Below, in pieces: positions 40,074 through 47,482 of a DNA stretch of 64,000 nt (positions within the stretch are counted from its first letter, which is position 1; the number at the start of each line of letters is the position of its first letter). The notes below the pieces were generated by a model. It did not search any database and was not told where the DNA came from. It saw only the letters and a list, made by a program, of their open reading frames with translations. Source of the stretch: a virus; IMG/VR virus record IMGVR_UViG_3300023181_000026, positions 32,001 through 96,000 of that record; one strand, given 5' to 3'. Position numbers and translations under genes: made by a program.

Positions 40074-40407
40074 TTTTATCTTTGTTGAATATTGAAATTA
40101 TTATTAATAAAATAAAGTGGTTCAATATTACGCTCTCATATAGTTCATAATATACTTCAATAGGATACCTTAAGTCAATCTCTGTAATAAGATTTAAAAC
40201 TAATACAGTGGAGAGGGTCATTATAGATTCAAATCTCCAACTTTTAAAATAAAAAAGAACTCCTAATAAAGATATTACTAATAAAATCGTATCTATGAAT
40301 GCAAACAATTTATGATTCAAATAGTAGAAATCATTTTCTACGAATATGTAAAGTGTCATGTACAATGTTAGCATCAAAAACGGTGCAAATTGCGTTACAC
40401 TTTTCAT
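40048..40407 (-). CDS. Four-TM membrane protein
   Basis: Four hydrophobic segments in 119 aa. Confidence 0.6.
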   Translation of the reverse strand: MKSVTQFAPFLMLTLYMTLYIFVENDFYYLNHKLFAFIDTILLVISLLGVLFYFKSWRFESIMTLSTVLVLNLITEIDLRYPIEVYYELYESVILNHFILLIIISIFNKDKNDSNLVMD

Positions 40408-40413
40408 GCTATT

Positions 40414-40479
40414 TTATTTTTTAGGTTTCTTGGGCTTATTTTTTGGCTTAGGTATGCCAACTTTATTTTTGTTATTCAT
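40414..40479 (-). CDS. 21-aa basic Pro-rich micropeptide MNNKNKVGIPKPKNKPKKPKK (not in ORF track)
   Basis: ATG at 40479, TAA at 40414-40416; shares VGIPKPK with the 31276..31512 protein, with different synonymous codons. Confidence 0.55.
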   Translation of the reverse strand: MNNKNKVGIPKPKNKPKKPKK

Positions 40480-40500
40480 TGTGTAGTAAGTTTGAAATTA

Positions 40501-40530
40501 AGGGGAAGTTGTTACGCCTCCCCTCTTTTT
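40501..40530. terminator. Intergenic hairpin after the 761-aa structural gene
   Basis: Minus strand AGGGGAGG-cgtaacaa-CTTCCCCT; the T-run lies on the + side. Confidence 0.55.
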
Positions 40531-40550
40531 CTATTTAGTTGTTTGTCTAT

Positions 40551-42836
40551 TTATACGCTAAAAGCCCTGATACCTTCCAAACCAGCCGCACCTGCAATAC
40601 TATTCAGTAAGTTTTCTACTGGTTTGTGTTGTCCGACTTGTGCTAAGATGTGGTATATAAAAGTTTCTCCATGTTTAAGGGCTGGTTGTTGAGCAAATGT
40701 CGATCTACATACTTCTATAGAAAAATCTACATATTGAACCGATTGGTCTAATACTGATTCCTCGTCTGTGAATAGTACCCTTGTTAGTGGACTCATATGC
40801 GCCTCTTCACCTGTGAAATAAACTCTATCCCTAGCCTCTAACCATTGGAAGTTTCCTCCTAAGTGAGTTCTTGGTTTCCAAGTTGATAGGTAAGTAACTG
40901 CCATTGGTTCATCTTTTAATTCGCCAATACCTTCTCTTACTTCATCTAAATGTCCTCCGCTTACTCTAATCATTACAGAACTATCTGTAAATCCTATTTT
41001 GTCTCTAAGATATTCGTTAGATCTAATCTCTAATTTTTTACCTCTGAACCTGATACCCATTAAAGAAGTTGTAGGTTCTGGAGATTCTACTATTTTCCAT
41101 TCATTACCTTCATAAGGTCTTGGCTCTTCTGAAACATAAAAGTCTTGGAAAATTGGTGAACATTCTTCGCAAACCATATTAGTAATAACCTCTGCTTGGT
41201 AACGTGTTTGACAGCCTCCTGTAACGGGTAAGTCTACAACTGCTACTGCACCTACTGTTCCTGCTAAGTTAGTTGTAGCATTAGCTATTGATATTGCTGG
41301 AAAAGCGGTAGTTGCATGAGTGAAAGTAAGTACTGCGCCGTTGGCGGTTACGGTTACCCCTTTATCTGCTAGAAGTGCCGCGCCGTGAGTTGATACAAAA
41401 TTAGTAGCTGTTACTGCAAGAGATGTTGCAAATGTTGCTAGATAAGCTGTACCTGCCACTGTAATATTTGCTGTTCCAGAAGTTCCTGTTAGAGTTACTG
41501 TCTGTGCTGAATTAAGTGAAGGTGCATCTGCAATTACAATATTATTATCAGGATAATGTGCTTGAAGTTCCGCTAGTCTGTTTTCACCGCATTCATTATC
41601 AGCAAGTGTAATTGTGTAAAGTTGAACCGATACTTCACAAGTATCTCCTAATACCCAAGCAACTCCTGCTGGTGCAACTCCTGTACATACATCTGATACT
41701 TCTCCTAAAAGAGTAATTTCTGCTGTGCCTTTTACTGGTGTAGCTGTAAGGAAAGTAGTTTTTTGTGCGTCTGTAAGTTCTGCTGTCAGGATAAGTGTAT
41801 AACTTCCTACTCCGCCATCTTGACCTACTTTTACTACTGTACCTGCTACAAAACCTGCTAAGTCATCTACAGTTGTTGATAAATCTGCACCATCATCTTC
41901 AATCTTTACACTGTAAAGGAATCCTCCTGCTACTTCTGTATAGCCTGCTGGACAGTCTTCACAATCTTTAATTAGAGTTGTTGTGAATGGTGCTACGTAC
42001 GCTGTAAGAAGAGTATTAGTCTCAGTTACGGTTTCATAAATAGAGGTAAGTCCTTGACGTTCTTTTAAAACAATTTTATTTTCTGGGTAACGTGATTGAA
42101 CTGAAGCTACAGAAGCTTGATCCCCCATATCTTGAATAGTAAGAGTCTGATAAAATCTATCTTCTGTCTCAGGTTCTGTACCTCCTGTTGAAAGTTCCAC
42201 TGGAGTAATATCTACAACCTCTTGCATCTCAACTCCACCTCTTAATTGAAATCTTCTTAGTTGTTCAATTGCTTCAAGTACATATGGTCTAGCGTTTATT
42301 GCTTCACAGTTATCACCTGCTTCACATACTTCTGTACCATAGAACTTTTCTGGATCTAAATATACACTTGTAATAACCTTGTTATCAGGATAGCCATACA
42401 TTCCTATAAGTTCTCCCGAAAGTTCCACCGTGATTTTTTTACGATCTGCTCTTATAAGAGTGATTGCTGTTTCAGGGTCAATTCCGTTATAACCTAAAAT
42501 AACGTCATCCACTTCTTGTTCTGTTCTTTCTGGCACAGATACACTGACGCCTTTAACATCGTTAAGAGAGAAAGGTACTGAACTCATAGCTTTATTAGAA
42601 TGAGAACGAGAATTAGAAAGATTTCCTCTACCTACTTTTATAACATAGTTTTCATTTTTATTTCTTCCCGCGAAAGATGAAATAGCTTTTTGACCATTTC
42701 CATTAGCGTCTGCCTCTTTCATAGAAAATACTCCCACTTGACCTTTTGCAAGATTCAAAGAACCTCCTGCTGTCATAGTAGCACCGTTCAATATGGCAAA
42801 GTAACGGTGGATTTGTGAATTGTTTGTTTGTGACAT
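40551..42836 (-). CDS. Virion structural protein (auxiliary capsid/decoration-type, crAss-like head operon)
   Basis: Position after the MCP operon; Ala/Thr-rich inserted domain; CxxC motifs. Confidence 0.55.
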   Translation of the reverse strand: MSQTNNSQIHRYFAILNGATMTAGGSLNLAKGQVGVFSMKEADANGNGQKAISSFAGRNKNENYVIKVGRGNLSNSRSHSNKAMSSVPFSLNDVKGVSVSVPERTEQEVDDVILGYNGIDPETAITLIRADRKKITVELSGELIGMYGYPDNKVITSVYLDPEKFYGTEVCEAGDNCEAINARPYVLEAIEQLRRFQLRGGVEMQEVVDITPVELSTGGTEPETEDRFYQTLTIQDMGDQASVASVQSRYPENKIVLKERQGLTSIYETVTETNTLLTAYVAPFTTTLIKDCEDCPAGYTEVAGGFLYSVKIEDDGADLSTTVDDLAGFVAGTVVKVGQDGGVGSYTLILTAELTDAQKTTFLTATPVKGTAEITLLGEVSDVCTGVAPAGVAWVLGDTCEVSVQLYTITLADNECGENRLAELQAHYPDNNIVIADAPSLNSAQTVTLTGTSGTANITVAGTAYLATFATSLAVTATNFVSTHGAALLADKGVTVTANGAVLTFTHATTAFPAISIANATTNLAGTVGAVAVVDLPVTGGCQTRYQAEVITNMVCEECSPIFQDFYVSEEPRPYEGNEWKIVESPEPTTSLMGIRFRGKKLEIRSNEYLRDKIGFTDSSVMIRVSGGHLDEVREGIGELKDEPMAVTYLSTWKPRTHLGGNFQWLEARDRVYFTGEEAHMSPLTRVLFTDEESVLDQSVQYVDFSIEVCRSTFAQQPALKHGETFIYHILAQVGQHKPVENLLNSIAGAAGLEGIRAFSV

Positions 42837-42866
42837 TGTCGTTTAATTGTAAATTAGTTGTTATTT

Positions 42867-43532
42867 TTAATTTTTACTGTTAATTCTGTCTTTATCAATG
42901 TCTATGGTAGACCTCCCCATCACCGCATTAAAGTCTTTTGCGGCAATTGAAATAATTCTATCCATTATCTTGTCATCAAATTCAGGATCAGAATTAATCG
43001 AAGGTGAGCCATCTGACATTATAAAACCTTCAAAATTTATTTGTTTTGGATATCTGTAATAAGAAAGGTATACTTCACTGATTTCAAAATCATCTTTATA
43101 TACTTTTATATTATTACTGGAAAGATTGTAGAATGTTTCTCTCCATTCAAAAGACGGTTTATTATTATAATCAAACTCAAGTAAATGTTTGTTCTCGTCT
43201 TTTATTTCTATAGGTAGTAGTTTTGCATTTTTACATTTTTCTTTTGAAGCTTTTACTGTCAAATTAGAAAAATCAAAATAATTGGCTGGTAGTTTAAAAT
43301 TTGTGTGATTTAGATGGGATTTTTCTACTTCAAGTCTTAAGTCGTCCACTAAAAGTATTTGTATATCTCTTAGAGTATCATCATTCCTCTTTTCTAAAGC
43401 CCACTCTGTAAATTTATTTTGTGCCTCGTTTATATGGTAAAAAGCTCTTCCTTTGTCTAAAGCTATATTGTCATTTGTAAAATTTTCATTGACTTTACTA
43501 AGGAGTTTTATATAAACGTTGTTTGCATTCAA
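42867..43532 (-). CDS. Head-tail adaptor/ring protein (crAss-like conserved head-operon gene)
   Basis: FKLPANY, NKPSFEWRETF and YYRYPK motifs; synteny; TTG start. Confidence 0.6.
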   Translation of the reverse strand: MNANNVYIKLLSKVNENFTNDNIALDKGRAFYHINEAQNKFTEWALEKRNDDTLRDIQILLVDDLRLEVEKSHLNHTNFKLPANYFDFSNLTVKASKEKCKNAKLLPIEIKDENKHLLEFDYNNKPSFEWRETFYNLSSNNIKVYKDDFEISEVYLSYYRYPKQINFEGFIMSDGSPSINSDPEFDDKIMDRIISIAAKDFNAVMGRSTIDIDKDRINSKN

Positions 43533-43553
43533 AATTTACTTATTTTATAATTT

Positions 43554-43575
43554 TCCCCCGATTTTACTCAGGAGA
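43554..43575 (-). other. Stem-loop with GUAAAA loop
   Basis: TCTCCTGA-GTAAAA-TCGGGGGA (with G-U pairs). Confidence 0.6.
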
Positions 43576-43585
43576 TTTTTTATTC

Positions 43586-44548
43586 TTATTTTGCAAATTC
43601 TTCGCAGATTTGAACTTTTACGTCTAGTAAATCTGGACTTTGCACTAATGATTTTGCCACTGTCTTCAAGTCTTTTCCTAAAGGAATACCATTGTAAACA
43701 TAATCTCCCACTGAATTTTTTGAAATTTTTCCTGCTTCTGACATTTTTTTAATTGTAGAATGTAGGTAAATAACTTCTTCAAACCCTTTATCATTGGAAG
43801 ATTCTACTAGTTCAATAAATATCTCTGGGTTTCTAACATCTCTATCTAACCACATATTAAACATAGTCTTAATTGTATCGCTTTCTACTTTGTCAGAAAT
43901 ATTTGCAACTCCAATATATTTAAGAATGTTTATTAGTTTTTGGGGATTTTCAGAAAGTAGTACGTAGAATTGTCCAATTGCATCTATAGTAGACACTGCT
44001 TTTTTCTGTTTAGTAGTCCTTTCTTTAGCTTTATCAACTACTACATATGCGGCGGCATTATACCTTGGATTACCTTTGTCATTTTCAGGGCAAATTTCTC
44101 CTGCCATCATAGCTAAGTAAAGTTGTAACATATCCTCAGGTTCTCCTGTATTTAGATATCTTCCTGCCCAAATCTCTACTTTATAGTCATTCCAGAAATC
44201 TTCATTATCTTGTGTAAGAATTCCTGATTTACCCATTTTCTTTTCAAATGGTTTAATTACGTGTTCTTGAAGCATTTTAAGTTTTTCCGTAACTATAGCT
44301 TGTGTCTCTCCTCTATAACAAGGGCTGAATTCATAAAGTCCTGTATCCCAAACATTTTCTGTATACGGGCAATAAACTGTATTACCTACGCTTGTTGAAG
44401 GAAGTTTTGTAGCTCCCTCTTTTTGAAATCCAGAAGGGGCTGTGGGGTCAAATCTATTTTCAATTTTATAGACCGCGTTTTTTTTGATTGACAAACCATT
44501 CACGTTGAATAGTTCCTCAGATTTATTAATGGGTTTTTTTGGTGGCAT
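43586..44548 (-). CDS. Conserved head-operon protein immediately downstream of MCP
   Basis: 320 aa; synteny with crAss-like capsid operons. Confidence 0.6.
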   Translation of the reverse strand: MPPKKPINKSEELFNVNGLSIKKNAVYKIENRFDPTAPSGFQKEGATKLPSTSVGNTVYCPYTENVWDTGLYEFSPCYRGETQAIVTEKLKMLQEHVIKPFEKKMGKSGILTQDNEDFWNDYKVEIWAGRYLNTGEPEDMLQLYLAMMAGEICPENDKGNPRYNAAAYVVVDKAKERTTKQKKAVSTIDAIGQFYVLLSENPQKLINILKYIGVANISDKVESDTIKTMFNMWLDRDVRNPEIFIELVESSNDKGFEEVIYLHSTIKKMSEAGKISKNSVGDYVYNGIPLGKDLKTVAKSLVQSPDLLDVKVQICEEFAK

Positions 44549-44576
44549 TCTTATTTTTTCTTTGGTTTTTATTTTA

Positions 44577-44600
44577 GGCTCCCCATTTTACCGAGGAGCC
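44577..44600 (-). other. Stem-loop with GUAAAA loop after MCP
   Basis: GGCTCCTCG-GTAAAA-TGGGGAGCC. Confidence 0.65.
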
Positions 44601-44610
44601 GTATTCTATA

Positions 44611-46320
44611 TTAGTTCAAGCCTATTTTTTTAAGCTCTATAATTATTGTTCTTGAAGGGTCTGTATTAACAAACGCTGACATACCGTGTACCCAGAATGA
44701 TCTTGACATTGTTTTAAGACTTGAAACGATATCTGAGGCTTTGGCTCCTGCATATCTACCGTTCTCATATCCCCAATACATATTGTCTCCTTCTGGCTTA
44801 ACGTAGTAGATACTTCCTTTACGTCCACCTTCTACAAGAGTTGTACCTTGAGGTAGGTTTTGACGAGCATTTGAGTATTCTCCATCTGTTGCATCATAGA
44901 TAACCATTGAATAAGTTGTATCTGCAAATCCATAGTCATTGAAGCCTTTACTAAATCTGTCAGATCCTTCCATAAAGTCTAAAGAAGCATCATGTTCAAT
45001 CTGTACAATACCGATTCCTGGGATTGGTACTTGAGTAAATACTACTGGAGCTAATTTAAGATCTGTCAAACTTTGACCTGAAACTGGGTTCTGAGGAAGG
45101 ATTCTATCTGCTCCTAAGAACGGACTCATTCCTGTAAGTTGTGCTACTACATATTTTTCGAAGATAGCTAACATATTTTGGTAAGCTTGCCATCCACATT
45201 TGAATTTAAGTCTGCGATCGTAATATTGAAGGTCTGGACGTGAAGCGAAAATATAAGAAGCTGCTTCTCTAATGTGGTTTACTGTTATTCCGTCTGGTTT
45301 GCTGTATTTGATTAGGCGACCTCGTCTCCATTGATGCCATAAACCTTCATTTATACGTTTAGTACCATTTTGCTCTGTTAAAACTGTAGCTCTACCAAAT
45401 AAAAGTTGATTAGCTTCAATTTTAATATACTCTGCCAAAGCTAGGAATTCATAAACTGATCCTACTGAAGCACCTGCTCTACGAATATTCGGAGCTGTTG
45501 GATTTGGAGTTCCCTGAGCAACTTGTCCATAAACAAACATATCTCCACCTACTTTTTGTACTTGCTCATCTAAATACATCTGAGCAAAATCCGCAGCTTT
45601 CTTTTCAAGAGCTCCAAAAGATTTTTTGTCAGCATACATAGTCCAAGAAGTTTCAACACCTCTATGGTTACCAAGAATAAACTCATTAGTTATTGTTCCA
45701 ACATTGTTAGGGCTTTCAATTCCAGAATAATGAACTGAATTTTCTCCCATTGAGTGACCTACTTTAAAGTATTGTACTCCTGGTTTAAGTTTATCTGCTG
45801 GGAAGTATTTAGAAGAATCCATTTCAGCAAGAAATACCCAATGTTTAAAGCTGTCTCCTACAGGCTCTACTTCATAATCTTCAGATACTACCACTTGCAT
45901 ACCATATTGCTTGCTGTAAGTAAGTACGTCACCTTTAGTATAAACTTGGTCTAATACGATTGGAAATACTGAGCCATCAATACCTGGAAGATCTGAGAAA
46001 TCCGAAGTATCTTCTGTTGTATAAACTCCTGATTTTTTAGTTACTGGAAGGTCATAAGTAAAACGACCATTTGGGCCATTAACTTCAAGAATTTGTTTAT
46101 TCCTGAATATCTCTGTATAAAGTGGTACTCTAAATTGAAGAGTATTAGAGAAAAGGTCTAGCAGTCCTAAATGGTTATTGTTAGGATCTTCTTGATACCA
46201 TGTATAAAGAGATGGTAAGTCCGCATAACTGGACATTTTAATTTTTTTGGAGTCTGTGAAATGTATTACCCTGTCTCCGTTTACAGATAGGGGTACTCCT
46301 GCGATTAAGTTCTGATTCAT
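44611..46320 (-). CDS. Major capsid protein
   Basis: 569 aa; follows portal and scaffold-like genes; NEGLWHQ, IPGIGIVQIEHDASLD and C-terminal DPSRTIIIE resemble crAss-like MCPs. Confidence 0.8.
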   Translation of the reverse strand: MNQNLIAGVPLSVNGDRVIHFTDSKKIKMSSYADLPSLYTWYQEDPNNNHLGLLDLFSNTLQFRVPLYTEIFRNKQILEVNGPNGRFTYDLPVTKKSGVYTTEDTSDFSDLPGIDGSVFPIVLDQVYTKGDVLTYSKQYGMQVVVSEDYEVEPVGDSFKHWVFLAEMDSSKYFPADKLKPGVQYFKVGHSMGENSVHYSGIESPNNVGTITNEFILGNHRGVETSWTMYADKKSFGALEKKAADFAQMYLDEQVQKVGGDMFVYGQVAQGTPNPTAPNIRRAGASVGSVYEFLALAEYIKIEANQLLFGRATVLTEQNGTKRINEGLWHQWRRGRLIKYSKPDGITVNHIREAASYIFASRPDLQYYDRRLKFKCGWQAYQNMLAIFEKYVVAQLTGMSPFLGADRILPQNPVSGQSLTDLKLAPVVFTQVPIPGIGIVQIEHDASLDFMEGSDRFSKGFNDYGFADTTYSMVIYDATDGEYSNARQNLPQGTTLVEGGRKGSIYYVKPEGDNMYWGYENGRYAGAKASDIVSSLKTMSRSFWVHGMSAFVNTDPSRTIIIELKKIGLN

Positions 46321-46343
46321 TTATATTTGATAATTAGTTGTTT

Positions 46344-47393
46344 TTAGAGTTCGCTAAGATTTAATACTCCTGACTCTTTGTCGTTTTTAGATGTATTATA
46401 ATCTACAGTTCCACTTCCTTTACCTTTATTTGTTAATTTAATTGAATTAAAGGTTTGCTGTTTCTCTGCATTAATTATTTTTGCGGCTTTGTTCTTTACA
46501 TACTCTTCTTCATTTGTAAGGAACATAGCTAATTTTACTGCTTTTTCTGGATTTTTTCTCCACTCATCATAAAGAGCATCCACGGCATAAACTCCTTTTT
46601 CGTCTGGTTTAGATAATTTATCTACTATAGTTTTCCTAAAATTATCATTTAAGTCATACTTTTTAGCTTCGTCGGATAAAGATGTTCTGTAGTTTTTTAA
46701 AGCTTCTTGTTTTTGTATTTTAGCTTCCTGTGCTTGAACTGCTTGACTTTCTAAGTAACTGTTGAATACTGTATCTATGTCTTGTTTTGCTCTTCCTGCT
46801 GCTTTATCTAAAGTTAGATTTTTCTTATGACCATCTATAATGGAGTTTATTTCAAAATCTTCAAGACCTTTATTCTTATGGTAGAATCTAACTAAATTTT
46901 CCTGATCTGCTGGATTTTCCAAGTCTAAGTTTGAAATTGGATTTGAAGGGTTTTCATAAATATTTTTATAAGTTTCAAATACTTGTGAAACATTTCCTCC
47001 GTTTTTATCAATTTCCAAAGCCTTTAACATGATTGGGGAAAGACTGTCAGTTTTAACTGTGTCTACTTTAGCGTCCTCTTCCTTTTTAGCCATTTGGGCT
47101 TGAATAATCTCTTCAAAAACTTCTTCAGTTACATCTACTTCTTCAAATCCTTCAATGGCGTACCATTCTCCAGAATCTATTTTTCTTTGTACTAAAGCCT
47201 TATAATTAGAAGTACTTAATTCTTTTGGAATTTCGGTTGAACGTTCTTCTTTTTCGGGCTCTTCTGATTTAGGTGGGTCAGTAATATCTTCTTCCAGATT
47301 CAGAGGTATGTTTTCTTCTTGCGACTCCTCTTTAAATAGATCTTGTAAATCTAATACTTCGCCTTGGTCAATTGTTTGGTTTTCCGTTGACAT
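46344..47393 (-). CDS. Scaffold-like acidic protein
   Basis: Very acidic, helical protein between portal and MCP. Confidence 0.6.
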   Translation of the reverse strand: MSTENQTIDQGEVLDLQDLFKEESQEENIPLNLEEDITDPPKSEEPEKEERSTEIPKELSTSNYKALVQRKIDSGEWYAIEGFEEVDVTEEVFEEIIQAQMAKKEEDAKVDTVKTDSLSPIMLKALEIDKNGGNVSQVFETYKNIYENPSNPISNLDLENPADQENLVRFYHKNKGLEDFEINSIIDGHKKNLTLDKAAGRAKQDIDTVFNSYLESQAVQAQEAKIQKQEALKNYRTSLSDEAKKYDLNDNFRKTIVDKLSKPDEKGVYAVDALYDEWRKNPEKAVKLAMFLTNEEEYVKNKAAKIINAEKQQTFNSIKLTNKGKGSGTVDYNTSKNDKESGVLNLSEL

Positions 47394-47402
47394 TATTTAT
47401 TG

Positions 47403-47433
47403 CAAATTTATTATTGTTTTGTTTATTTTCAAA
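47403..47433 (-). promoter_or_regulatory. Bacteroidota sigma-type promoter for the scaffold-MCP operon
   Basis: TAAATTTG at 47410-47403, TTTG at 47433-47430, 19-nt spacer. Confidence 0.75.
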
Positions 47434-47482
47434 AGAGTTAAAAATTATCTAATATGTTAAGAAAATTTCTTAGAGATGATAT

